From NCBI GenBank assembly GCA_040275325.1, contig JBEOKA010000358.1, positions 1 through 52,509 on the forward strand: a DNA stretch of 52,509 nucleotides, read 5' to 3'. The notes under the pieces are model-generated. The model was not told the DNA's origin and did no database searches. It saw only the letters and a program-made list of their open reading frames with translations. Positions 18,701 through 27,410 of this stretch are shown here, piece by piece. The number at the start of each line of letters is the position of its first letter. Positions within the stretch are counted from its first letter, which is position 1. This DNA comes from Myxococcaceae bacterium (lineage in GTDB: Bacteria; Myxococcota; Myxococcia; Myxococcales; Myxococcaceae). The position numbers were made by a program, and so were the translations under genes.

Positions 18701-20753
18701 CCCCGCGGGCGCGCTGGCCGGGGGCAGCAACTTTCTGCAGACCGACACGGTGCGTGTCGAGGTGACGCCGGCCCTTCGCAAACGGCTGCTCTCGGTGCGC
18801 AGCGCTCCGAACTCGCTCGCCGCCGTCACCGAGCCCGACGGCTTCATGTCTGACCTGCTCGACGAAGACACGGCGTTCCTCGTGCGCACCTGCATCGACC
18901 TGGACGGCATGACGCGCGCGCCGGCCGACACCGGCATCGACAACGTGACGCTGCCGACGCTGAACGGCTACAGCCTGAAGGTGGCGCAGCGCTGCACGCC
19001 GGCGCGCACCGTCGTCTTCACGCGCCAGCTCTTCGTGCGGCCCACCACGCCTGCGGCCGCGGCCGAGCTCAAGAACGACAAGGGCGCAGGGCAGAGCACC
19101 GGAGACCGCGACCTCGGCGGCAGCAACACCAACGGCTCCGAGGTGAGCTGCATTCGGGAGTGCGGCACCAACGCCGACTGCGGCCTCAACGGCACGTGCA
19201 ACCTGCCGCAGGGCGCGCGCATCGGCACCTGCGCGAAGACGCTGACGAACCGCACCTGCAAAGACGCGACGCAGTCGAAGGGCGGGCTCGGCGGGCAGCT
19301 GCCCATCAGCATGTTCGACTCGAAGTCCGACAGCAGCTCGGAGATCAACGAGAAGCGCGCCGGCGCCCAGACGACGAACTGCGCGAGCGGCCGCGGCGCG
19401 ATGCTGAGCTTCAACGTGCTCGAGCCGATGGGCAGCTGCCAGGACCGGCTCGACGCGCCGACGTGGGAGGTCAAGCTCGAGCTCATTCCCAACTTCGACC
19501 CCGTCATCGCCTTCTTCAAGGGCAAGAAGTACGGCGTCTTCAACACCGACGCGAAGAAGACCCTCATGCGCGCGAAGAACTTCAGCGTGCGGCGCTCTGC
19601 GAGAGGGAAGACGGCGAGCGGCAAGAAAGAGAGCCTGTGGGCTCCGCAGTCGAACGGCCTGGGCTTCGCGGCGTCGCGTGAGTTCTACATCACCATCGGG
19701 CCCATCCCCATCGTCGTCGAGGTCGGCTTCAGCGCGGGCTTCGGCATCAAGGGCATCTTCACCTTCAAGGGCCAGACGGCCGAGGAGGGCATGACGAGCC
19801 AGTTCTACCCGTGCGTGAACGGGTCGGCTGCATCGACCGGCACCTGTTACGAGGTCGACTCCGAGCCGAAGACGTTCGAAGACGCGCTCAAGGGCTGCCA
19901 GGAGCGGGGCGGCTCGCTCGCCATCGCGAAGACCTCGACGCTGTTGTCTGCGGTGAACCTCGCCCTCGACCGAGCCGACGGCGGCACGCTCGACGGTGGC
20001 CCCTCGTTCTGGATCGGCGCGCAGGCGGCGTACAACTACGAGTACCCGAGCTGCAGCACCAACGGCGTCTTCAAAGACGGCGGCGTCGGCCCCAACGGCA
20101 CCTTCTCGGAGTCGTGCAGGACGGCGTCTGCGACGAGCTACGAGTGGCTCGAGGGTGGCGGCAGCATCGCCAAGCAGCGCGGCCTCTCGCCGGCCATCGT
20201 GCCCAGCCCCGCGGTCACCATCTCGAACCCCTTCACCAACCTCTCGCTCGGGCCCAGCCTCATTCCGGCGCGCGCGGGCCTCTCGTACCAGCGCAGCGGC
20301 GCGGTGAAGCAGGCGCCCACCGAAGAGCTCAAGCCGTCGATCTGCAGCTTCGACGGCGCCACCCAGGTGAAGTCGACGACGAACGTGAAGGAGTTCAACA
20401 TCGAGTTCAGCATCGGCGTGGCGCTCGCCATCTGCGTGCCCAGCAACCGCGTCGGCATCTGCATCGCCGGAGACCTCACGTTCTTCTCGGCCTCGTGGGC
20501 CTTCGCCTCGTCGCAGACCGAGACGAACGTGTTTCAGGGCCCGTCGAACAACCGCGTTCAGAAGTCGCTCTTCGGCTCGACGGACAACACCGGCGAGTGG
20601 ACGCGCAGCCTCATCTCGGGCTCCATCGGCGCCGAGCTGCGCGCCTTCTTCTTCACCAAGCGCTTCGTCATCAAGGAGTTCAAGCCGGTGAAGCAATGGG
20701 AGGGTGACATCTACCAACCCAGCTCGAGCCCCTACTTCCGGAGGTTCCCATGA
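15792..20753 (+). CDS. Giant (1653 aa) Cys-rich secreted lipoprotein with SUEL/rhamnose-binding-lectin-like repeats and a C-type-lectin-like domain
   Basis: ATG 15792 overlaps the upstream stop. Lipobox LVLTASC. Repeated ...C.G...C...V.Y.CG modules (VTYVCG, KVTYRCG, VTIRCGDF, RFRYTCGD). Around 19840-20100: YEVDSEPKTFEDALKGCQERGGSLAIAKTS...FWIGAQAAYNY, which is C-type-lectin-like. Confidence 0.65.
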   Translation: MNRPFLLATSLALVLTASCAEEPLPEAPPLFSAYDPTVQCPAGQVGWDLSTGGGLDPLQRNSVGDVIKLITSNLTNCGLTGTDLRQACDGETECTKPVTCADSAVDVTYVCGTEAATYTARVEGVGADRFLRISCGMPITVLKALYAPTATRPADISSALAARCSGKRRCSNGASGYSLNSFVDPAPNQPKTVKVTYRCGIEPAERIAEVDDFTLDFYCPLNATRFPVRENIKVVSAEPRLESFSGHQDNLAWAAELKAQIAKTCDGKPQCEVSFTGLRANGSDPKGTWGAVRDINRNWVLKGTDAMGWPDERRLSTGGTILIGGNYLILGYTCGAGNYVNYKAIDPTAQPPNERVTIRCGDFVTVTGLDTKRYGERTFSPNPIMLAATKARCDGRRVCTPPAYFGRSGPGSYTGPDGGQQAIGEYGRFRYTCGDLTNSVSVEKEIDYYGAINPADLECPPAAGDLLATGVQLVSVTPDSRTLEVSRLCGGRTVCSAPAGVTATYRCADDPAVKTSSPEMNCGTLVFPTGVTSSAYACFETPGPSACANQRGTCKFFPRYASDYGRATCGNVTYSYTCGCDPTVRTKTYTPRPDGLPVFHNNLSMPVELTCPPVATSCTRKGCVPLRCTGATRRNADLACVPDSSLKPTHFLAMPAVNDWVSLPDGGTDPLGRTLTRAADGAFVIKSDFPYQVFSSVLYKTDNRQALDDKTTALAWSFDQFKRKAGATRPDGGVLPELAGGLRCVVNQAALRGSERTSTIPGYRWALVGGKGQTIPSNCFEQDGYNDPSTSVYDAAAALGLEESQFRARYDYFKTFMTSSLDPQGVSVVRRLTATATPVGVNPVGFFYDPRRDFVSLTGFYAQTTDFANSVQVRFEPSTQIELGALFETISAGDLLVDVEQPNLLPSFDVSLGWYLRGDAPANPYSARTRVANNPAGTSLATRNLRMTVEMARSDTGLANPWVESNSVRFPAGALAGGSNFLQTDTVRVEVTPALRKRLLSVRSAPNSLAAVTEPDGFMSDLLDEDTAFLVRTCIDLDGMTRAPADTGIDNVTLPTLNGYSLKVAQRCTPARTVVFTRQLFVRPTTPAAAAELKNDKGAGQSTGDRDLGGSNTNGSEVSCIRECGTNADCGLNGTCNLPQGARIGTCAKTLTNRTCKDATQSKGGLGGQLPISMFDSKSDSSSEINEKRAGAQTTNCASGRGAMLSFNVLEPMGSCQDRLDAPTWEVKLELIPNFDPVIAFFKGKKYGVFNTDAKKTLMRAKNFSVRRSARGKTASGKKESLWAPQSNGLGFAASREFYITIGPIPIVVEVGFSAGFGIKGIFTFKGQTAEEGMTSQFYPCVNGSAASTGTCYEVDSEPKTFEDALKGCQERGGSLAIAKTSTLLSAVNLALDRADGGTLDGGPSFWIGAQAAYNYEYPSCSTNGVFKDGGVGPNGTFSESCRTASATSYEWLEGGGSIAKQRGLSPAIVPSPAVTISNPFTNLSLGPSLIPARAGLSYQRSGAVKQAPTEELKPSICSFDGATQVKSTTNVKEFNIEFSIGVALAICVPSNRVGICIAGDLTFFSASWAFASSQTETNVFQGPSNNRVQKSLFGSTDNTGEWTRSLISGSIGAELRAFFFTKRFVIKEFKPVKQWEGDIYQPSSSPYFRRFP

Positions 20754-22777
20754 AGCGCGTCGTCATCGCCGCGGCCGCGCTGTCGGTGGTCGCCCTCGAA
20801 ATCTGGTCGACCCGTCGCGACGCCGAGCAGCCCGCGCCGGCCGTGCCTTCGGCGCAGCCCACAGCCCCCAGCGCGTCACCCGTCACGTCGCGCGAGCCGA
20901 CCGAGGGTACGCCGTGTCATTTTCTCGCCGGGCAACGCTTCGCCTTCGAGCTCGAGACGCAGGCGACGGCGAAGCTCTCGGGCGAGCTTGGCCGCTACGG
21001 GCTCTCGGACGACCGACAGGAGACGACGTCGTCGGCCACGCTGAACGTCGAGGTGCTCTCTGACGATGGGCACTCGGCAGTGCTGCTCTCGCGCCTGCTC
21101 GACGGCACCAACGGGCTCGCTGGCCCCGACGTCTCGCAGCCGTGGCTGGCCCGGGTGAACGAGCGCTGTGAGGTGGCCGGCTTCGCGCGCCACGTCAGCA
21201 CCTCGAAGCTGGTGGGCCGCCAGCAGCAGGCGCTGTTGCACGAGCTGTGGTTCACCGTGCCGCGGGGCGTGGCCGTCACCGCCGCCGACTTCGACAACGC
21301 CATGGGCCGCGCCTCGGCCCTCGTCTCGTTCGAGCGTGACCCGTCGGCTGAGGTGGTGATTCGCCGCATCGAGCGCTTCCGCTCGGCGTGGGCGCCAGCG
21401 ATGAATGGCCTCGTCGTCGAGGGCTCGACGCTCGTCGTGCGACGCGGCGAGGGGCCCTGGTTTCAGTCGATGGAGGGCTCCGAGGCGTACTCGGTGCCCG
21501 GCGTGGTGACGTCGGCGCAGGCGACCTTCACCGCCACCGCCACCACCTTCGACGCCTCGGCCTTCGAGGGCGCCTCGCGCGTGATGAACGAGTACGTCTG
21601 GGAGAGCTGCTTCGACCAGCTCCCGGCGTCGGGTGCCCGCACCTTCACTGCGGCCGACCACCAGCAGCGCGTCGAGGCGATGAAGAACGTCAGCTACCCC
21701 GACGCGCTCGAGAAGATGCTGGCCACCTTCGCCGTGCCGGGCACGCTGCACGACCAGTCGCGCGACATGGCCGCCTTCCTCGACGCGCACCCCGAGCAGA
21801 TTCACGAGTACGCGGGCGCGCTGCTCACCGAGTTCGAGCCCGAGTGGAAGGCCGCCGGCTTTCTCGTGCTGGCCAACACGCAGCACGCGCTGGCGCGCGA
21901 GGTGTTGTTCGACGTCTGGCGTGAACGTGACGCGCCGATGATGGAGCGCTCGCGCGCCAGCCTCGCGCTGGTGAGCCGCCGCGACGTCGGCGTGAGCCTC
22001 GCGAGAGAGCTCTTCAGCGAAGCGCGCCGCAGCGGCACGCACTCGCAGCGCAATGTCTCGCAGCAGGCGCTGCTGCACGCCGGCATTCTCACCGCGCTGC
22101 ACCCCGACGACGTCGAGACGAAGCTCGAGGTGCAGCGTGGCCTCGCGGTCGAGCTCGGTGCACGCCTGACGCCGCTGGAGCGGGCGCCCGTGTACTCGGC
22201 CATCGGCAACACCGGGAACCCGGCCTTCCTGCCCGAGCTGGAGCGCGCCTCGCGCAACCCCGACCCCGAGTGGCGAAGAATCGTCCCCATCGCGCTGCGC
22301 CGCATGAAGGTCGACGACACGCGCGACTTCACGCTCGAGTGGCTGCGCCGCGAGACGAGCCCCGACGTGATGCGCGAGCTCTACGACATCGTGCAGCAGC
22401 AGTACGAAGACCAGGGCCGCGTGGTGGACGACGAGCTGGCGGCCGAGGCGGTGGGCTGGCTGCGCGAGAAGCCGCGCCTGCTGACGCGCCAGAGCCTCGT
22501 GCAGCTGCTCAAGCCGCTCGTGGCCACCAATGAGGCGGTGCGCGCGGCGATGAAAGAGACGCTGAAGCTCGAGTACGAGACGCGCACCGGCATGTTCCCC
22601 TTCGTGGCGTCGTGCCTGTCTGACGAAGACGTGCGCGAGGTGCTCTCGACGATTCCGACGCTGGCTGACCAGCACCGCGGGGTGGGCCAGGCACCGCCGC
22701 CCCCACAGCACGCGCCGCGACCGAGCGAGCCCGGGCCCGAGCTGATGCCGAAGTTCCCGACCGGAGAGGCGCCATGA
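20750..22777 (+). CDS. Hypothetical secreted/membrane-anchored protein with C-terminal HEAT-like repeats
   Basis: ATGA overlap with the upstream gene. N-terminal hydrophobic MKRVVIAAAALSVVALEIW. The C-terminal third is alpha-helical and repetitive (LERAPVYSAIGNTGNPAFLPELERASRNPDPEWRRIVPIAL). Confidence 0.55.
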   Translation: MKRVVIAAAALSVVALEIWSTRRDAEQPAPAVPSAQPTAPSASPVTSREPTEGTPCHFLAGQRFAFELETQATAKLSGELGRYGLSDDRQETTSSATLNVEVLSDDGHSAVLLSRLLDGTNGLAGPDVSQPWLARVNERCEVAGFARHVSTSKLVGRQQQALLHELWFTVPRGVAVTAADFDNAMGRASALVSFERDPSAEVVIRRIERFRSAWAPAMNGLVVEGSTLVVRRGEGPWFQSMEGSEAYSVPGVVTSAQATFTATATTFDASAFEGASRVMNEYVWESCFDQLPASGARTFTAADHQQRVEAMKNVSYPDALEKMLATFAVPGTLHDQSRDMAAFLDAHPEQIHEYAGALLTEFEPEWKAAGFLVLANTQHALAREVLFDVWRERDAPMMERSRASLALVSRRDVGVSLARELFSEARRSGTHSQRNVSQQALLHAGILTALHPDDVETKLEVQRGLAVELGARLTPLERAPVYSAIGNTGNPAFLPELERASRNPDPEWRRIVPIALRRMKVDDTRDFTLEWLRRETSPDVMRELYDIVQQQYEDQGRVVDDELAAEAVGWLREKPRLLTRQSLVQLLKPLVATNEAVRAAMKETLKLEYETRTGMFPFVASCLSDEDVREVLSTIPTLADQHRGVGQAPPPPQHAPRPSEPGPELMPKFPTGEAP

Positions 22778-23364
22778 CGTCGACGCGCTGGTTGCTTCCA
22801 CTGCTCGCGCTGAGCGCCTGCCCACCGCCGCCCGTCGTGACACCCGACGAAGACGCGGGCGCTGAGACCCGGCCCGTGTTCGATGGGCCCACGCAGAACA
22901 GCGGCATTCCCGACCTGCCCGAGGACTTCGTCTTCGACGCGTCGATTCCCGCCATCGACAGCGGCACCATCGTCGTCGACACGCGGTGCTGCACGACGAA
23001 CTTCAGCATCTCAGACCAGGAGGCCGCGGGCGGCGTGGTGGGCGAGCTTCGCGTGGGGCTGCCGACGTTCTCGTCGGGCGTCGCGCTCAGCCGCGGTGGT
23101 GGTCGATGGCGCGCGACGGCGTGCTTCCCGGTGAACCAGGCAGCCACCTACCGCTACGAGTTCACGTGGGACGCGGGCCTCGTCGACGCTGGGCAGGTGG
23201 AGGACGACGACGGCGGCATCATCGGCCTCGAGCTGGTCGACGTTCGCCACTTCGCGCGCGCGAGTGACGAGGAGCCGGGCTTCACGCTCGACGATGGGTC
23301 ACGCACCAACTTCTTCCGCTCCGTCTCGTCGTGCGAAGGGCTCGACGGCTCGGTGCCACCGTGA
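22774..23364 (+). CDS. Small lipoprotein (hypothetical)
   Basis: ATGA overlap with the upstream gene. Lipobox LLALSAC followed by a Pro-rich spacer. Confidence 0.55.
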   Translation: MTSTRWLLPLLALSACPPPPVVTPDEDAGAETRPVFDGPTQNSGIPDLPEDFVFDASIPAIDSGTIVVDTRCCTTNFSISDQEAAGGVVGELRVGLPTFSSGVALSRGGGRWRATACFPVNQAATYRYEFTWDAGLVDAGQVEDDDGGIIGLELVDVRHFARASDEEPGFTLDDGSRTNFFRSVSSCEGLDGSVPP

Positions 23365-23380
23365 CGCGAACCGCTTCGGC

Positions 23381-24184
23381 TCAGCTGGCAGCGTCGAAGC
23401 GGTCGAGGAAGTAGTTCGCCACGGTGATGTCGGCCTTGCGGCCCTGCGTGGTGACGCGGCCGAAGTTGTCGAGGCCGAGGCGCTCGGTCGAGCGGGTCTT
23501 GCCGACGCCGCGCTCGAGCTCGAGCGTGAAGGCCGAGTCGATGCCAGCGGTCACCTTCCACGAGGTGTCCTTCTTCGTGGCCGACTCGGGCAGCAGCCAC
23601 TTCGCGGTCGAGAGCAGCCGCGTCGCGTCTTGCGGCGTCTTGCACTCGGCGCCGGCGAGCGTGCCCTGCGCGTTCACCAGCACCGCGCGCTTCTGCGTGG
23701 GCTTCTCGGCGCCCTTCGGCGTCAGCCCCAGCTCGAACAGCGCGCCGAACTCGGTCTGCACGGCCTTCTCGGGCACGTTCACCGTGCCATCCTTCACGTC
23801 GTCGAAGAGGGCGGGCAGCGAGTCGCCGAAGGGAATCACCTTCCACGGGTTGCCGAGCACCTCGATGTCGGTGGAGCCGCCGAAGAGGGCCTGCGTCGAC
23901 TTCTGCAGCTTCGCGTAGGTGGTGGCCTCGGTCGGCGTGGTCTTCGCGGCGAGCGCCTGGGCGATGGCGTTGACCTGCTTGACGGCGAACCCGTCACCGA
24001 GCGTCGCGGGCTGAGCGACCTGCTGGGCCTGCGCGGCGGCCTGCGTGTGCTGCACGGGCGCCTGCTGCTGCATCGGCGCGGCCTCGGCGGCGCGCTGCAT
24101 CTCTTGAATCAACCGCACGCGATCGGCCGGCGTCTTGGGAACTTCCTGACCGATGGGGGTGGGCTTGCGCTCGTTCTGATTCAT
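23381..24184 (-). CDS. Hypothetical protein with Gln/Ala-rich N-terminus
   Basis: ATG at 24184 preceded by GGAGAG. The six-frame ORF extends to a TTG at 24202. No signal peptide and no recognised domain. Confidence 0.45.
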   Translation of the reverse strand: MNQNERKPTPIGQEVPKTPADRVRLIQEMQRAAEAAPMQQQAPVQHTQAAAQAQQVAQPATLGDGFAVKQVNAIAQALAAKTTPTEATTYAKLQKSTQALFGGSTDIEVLGNPWKVIPFGDSLPALFDDVKDGTVNVPEKAVQTEFGALFELGLTPKGAEKPTQKRAVLVNAQGTLAGAECKTPQDATRLLSTAKWLLPESATKKDTSWKVTAGIDSAFTLELERGVGKTRSTERLGLDNFGRVTTQGRKADITVANYFLDRFDAAS

Positions 24185-24385
24185 GGGCGGCACTCTCTCC
24201 AACTTCGGGCGCAGTGGGAAGCACCTGCGGGCGCCGAGTGAAACCCGAGGCTGACACCGCTCGGGTGCGCGTTTCCGTCGTCAATCAGGGGCGTTGGGCG
24301 AGGCCAGAACCCGATTCAAAAGCGACGCTGCCCAGACCGTCCTTTTGCGTACGACGCACTTCGCGTCAGTCATTTTGGAGAGAAC

Positions 24386-25588
24386 ATGCGCTCGATGTGG
24401 ATGCTGGCTGTGGTCGTCCTGCTCGCGGCCTGTGGTGCACCGCAGCCCGTGGTCGATGGTGGGGCCGTGCTGGGCGGTGGCTCCGCGACGGCGGGTGGCG
24501 CTGCGATGGGCGGTGGCACGGCGACGGCGGGTGGCTCTGCGGTGGTCGACGCCGGCTCGTTGCCGCGCATCGACTCCATCAGCCCTCAGGTCGTCATGGC
24601 GGGGGAGCAGGTTGCCGTGCTGGGCGAAGGCCTCGCTGCGGCAGACGTGCAGTCGATTCGCATCGATGACGCTCAGCTTCCGCGCGCAGCGATCAAGCCT
24701 GGCAGCAGTGATCGCCTGCTGTTGATCAACGCGCCACCGCTGATCGGCCTGCCAGCCACGGGCAAGGTGGTGACGCTCTCCATCACCACGTCGATGGGCA
24801 CCGCGCAGGCGACCTTCACCGAGCTGCCCGGAGTCTCGACCGTGCTGCAGACGAACACGTTGCTCACCCCTCGCGGCATCGCGCCTGGAGGGACGATTCA
24901 ACCGGGAACGAACTACACGCTCACCGTCGACGTGAAGATCGCCTCGAACCTCGCCGAGACCTTCGACGTGAGCGCCGCAGTCGAAGGAGCAGGCTTCAGC
25001 ATCGTCGACGTGGTCCCCGGCGCGATCGCGATTCCGGCCTCGTCTGCCATCACGCCCGTCGTGACGCCCGTGAACGTGACGGTTCGCGCAGGCACCACGG
25101 GGCTCGGTCAGGTCGGGCTGAAGGTGCGGCCGCGCAGTGCGCCGCGTGACGGCAGCATTCTCATTCCGCGCGTGGCGCTCGAGGTTGGCGCCGTGCCGGT
25201 GGTGACCGACGGTGTGCTCTTCGGTGACGTTCAGATGTTCGGGCCCCACGGCCTCGACGTGTCGACGTTCGTCCCCGTGGTGCGGGTGCTCTCGGACCGG
25301 GCGGCGACGAGCCCGCTCGTTCACTTCGACCTCCTGGTCGCCGCGCCACAGGACGGAGGCTCGCTGACCGTCACCAACTTCACCACGCCAGCCGGGTGGA
25401 ACCCGACGTCCACGGGCCCGACGAGCGGCACTGCAGGCGGCGCGTTCTCGACGGTGAACGTCGCGTTCACCCCCACCGTGGCAGACGGTGGCTTCGCGGT
25501 GCCCAACGGCGAGTTCTCGTTCGCCGTCGAGGACCGAACGACGGGCAAGTCGCGCGCCTTCCGCGGGCAGCTGCAGCTCGTTCGCTGA
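24386..25588 (+). CDS. Lipoprotein with Gly/Ala-rich linker and a beta-rich (possibly IPT/TIG-like) domain
   Basis: GGAGAG RBS 5 nt upstream. Lipobox LLAAC. GGxATAGG repeats, then SISPQVVMAGEQVAVLGEGL. Confidence 0.6.
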   Translation: MRSMWMLAVVVLLAACGAPQPVVDGGAVLGGGSATAGGAAMGGGTATAGGSAVVDAGSLPRIDSISPQVVMAGEQVAVLGEGLAAADVQSIRIDDAQLPRAAIKPGSSDRLLLINAPPLIGLPATGKVVTLSITTSMGTAQATFTELPGVSTVLQTNTLLTPRGIAPGGTIQPGTNYTLTVDVKIASNLAETFDVSAAVEGAGFSIVDVVPGAIAIPASSAITPVVTPVNVTVRAGTTGLGQVGLKVRPRSAPRDGSILIPRVALEVGAVPVVTDGVLFGDVQMFGPHGLDVSTFVPVVRVLSDRAATSPLVHFDLLVAAPQDGGSLTVTNFTTPAGWNPTSTGPTSGTAGGAFSTVNVAFTPTVADGGFAVPNGEFSFAVEDRTTGKSRAFRGQLQLVR

Positions 25589-25597
25589 GGCGTGAGC

Positions 25598-26377
25598 TCA
25601 AGGCTGCTTCGTCGGCAGGTTTCGCAGGGCGAACAGGCTCAGGCCCGTGGCGACGACCGGCCACACCAGCAGGCCCAGACAGAAGCCCACGCTGGTGCCC
25701 GCGAGCGAGAGGCCGAGCTCGACGACGGGCCGAATCGAGAGGGTCGCGAGCGCCACGCGGAAGCCCTCGTCGATGGTGAGCCCGGCCTCTTTCCCGCGGA
25801 ACGGCATGACGAGCTGGTTCGCGAGGAAGGCGCCGAGCGGCGCGGTGACGGCGAGGCCGATGACGCCGAAGAGGCTCAGGAAGACCATCAGCCCGATGAT
25901 GAGCCGGCCCTTCCACTCGGTGAGGAAGCGCTCGAGCGACGCGGAGTCGATGCGCAGGGTCTCTTCTCCGAGCAGCGCCATCACCTGTGACACCTGCGTC
26001 GGCTCACGGCGATCGGTGTCGATGATGACGGAGCGGCGCACGATGAGCGCGTTCCCGGTGATGAGCTGGCGCGGCACCTTCTCGTCAGGGTCGACGAGGA
26101 AGGTGCGCCCTTCATCGTCCCAGCGCGGCAGGCGAGGGCCTTCGACTCGAACGGTGTCGCGCTCGACGACGATGGGGTCGAACTTCGAGTCGTACGAGCG
26201 CGCGACCTCGAGCGCCTCCGAGTGAAAGTCGACGCCGCGGTAGAGCCCGAGGCCTGCCTGCAACAGCGCCTGCAGCGTCAGCAGCGGCAACAGCACGGCG
26301 CCAGTCGACCAGGTGCGCGCCTGCTCCCACTTCGTAGGAAACGCGAAGAGCAGCAGCCGATGCAGGAACGAGGGCAT
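25598..26377 (-). CDS. Hypothetical integral membrane protein
   Basis: 259 aa with several hydrophobic helices (LIIGLMVFLSLFGVIGLAVTAPLGAFL; VGFCLGLLVWPVVATGLSLFAL). Confidence 0.5.
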   Translation of the reverse strand: MPSFLHRLLLFAFPTKWEQARTWSTGAVLLPLLTLQALLQAGLGLYRGVDFHSEALEVARSYDSKFDPIVVERDTVRVEGPRLPRWDDEGRTFLVDPDEKVPRQLITGNALIVRRSVIIDTDRREPTQVSQVMALLGEETLRIDSASLERFLTEWKGRLIIGLMVFLSLFGVIGLAVTAPLGAFLANQLVMPFRGKEAGLTIDEGFRVALATLSIRPVVELGLSLAGTSVGFCLGLLVWPVVATGLSLFALRNLPTKQP

Positions 26378-26435
26378 TCATCGAGGCTACCCCGCGCCTT
26401 TGATACCGACGTCAGCGTCGTGCGATGAGGCGCCC

Positions 26436-27407
26436 ATGATGCGGTTCGCGTTGCCGTTGGTGCTCGTCGTTGGCTGTACGCCGGTGCTCCCTCCGACGGG
26501 CCCCATCGACTCTGGCGCGATGGTGGTCGAAGACGCGGGCCTGGTGCTCGACTCCGGCATCGTCGGCATCGACGCAGGCATGGTTGACGCGGGCGTCGAC
26601 GCAGGCCGAGACCCGCTCGTGGTCGCGCGGCCGTTCGACGTGACGGTGCCGGTGGGCTACCGCGCCGACCAACCCGTGCCGCTCGTCGTCGTGCTCCATG
26701 GCTACACAGCGACCGCGCAGGTGCAGGACGCGTACTTCGGCCTCTCGCGGCTCGCGCAGCAGCGCACCTTTCTCGTCGCGTTGCCGAACGGGCTACGTGA
26801 CGACACCGCGCAGCAGTACTGGAACGCGACCGACGCCTGCTGTGCGTTTGGCAAGACGAACGATGACGTCGCGTACCTCACCGCGGTGATTCGCGACGTG
26901 CAGGCGCGCTACGCGGTCGACGCGAAGCGCATCTTCCTCGTTGGCCACTCCAACGGCGGCTTCATGGCGCACCGGCTCGCGTGCGACCGCTCGAACCTCA
27001 TCGCCGGCATCGTCGCGCTCGCGGGCAACGTGTGGGCCGATGCCTCGAAGTGCACGCCGACCGACCCCATCGCCGTCCTGCAGGTGCACGGCACGCTCGA
27101 CCCCGTCATCAACTACCTCGGCGGAGCGACCGTCGGGCAGCCACCGTACCCCTCGGCGAGGAACTCGGTGCGTACGTGGGGCGCGAAGAACCAGTGCACC
27201 GGCGCGAACCTGTCGCCCATCGTCGGAAACCTCGACCTCGTCACCGCCCTGCTCGGCGGCGAGACCGAACGAGAGGGCTTCACCGGCTGCCCGGCGAACT
27301 CTGCCGCCGAGCTGTGGACCATCAATGCCGCCGGCCACCTGCCCGTGCTCAACGATCAGTTCGCCGAGCGCATCTACACGTGGCTGCTCGCGCACTCGAA
27401 GCCGTGA
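26436..27407 (+). CDS. Secreted alpha/beta-hydrolase, PHB-depolymerase/esterase family
   Basis: Start at ATG 26436, giving MMRFALPLVLVVGC (lipobox). Nucleophile elbow FLVGHSNGG. PLVVVLHGY oxyanion region. Confidence 0.7.
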   Translation: MMRFALPLVLVVGCTPVLPPTGPIDSGAMVVEDAGLVLDSGIVGIDAGMVDAGVDAGRDPLVVARPFDVTVPVGYRADQPVPLVVVLHGYTATAQVQDAYFGLSRLAQQRTFLVALPNGLRDDTAQQYWNATDACCAFGKTNDDVAYLTAVIRDVQARYAVDAKRIFLVGHSNGGFMAHRLACDRSNLIAGIVALAGNVWADASKCTPTDPIAVLQVHGTLDPVINYLGGATVGQPPYPSARNSVRTWGAKNQCTGANLSPIVGNLDLVTALLGGETEREGFTGCPANSAAELWTINAAGHLPVLNDQFAERIYTWLLAHSKP

Positions 27408-27410
27408 GCG

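Noticed and set aside
15171-20717. Long minus-strand ORFs (856 aa, 946 aa) opposite the giant lectin gene
   Set aside because: Arg/Ala/Val/Gly-dominated composition. The plus strand carries a coherent lipoprotein with repeated Cys modules.
24203-24385. Possible sigma-70-like promoter (TTGCGT ... TCATTT) upstream of the 24386 lipoprotein gene
   Set aside because: Spacer of about 19 nt and poor -10. Not distinguishable from chance in this composition. Only the GGAGAG RBS is solid.
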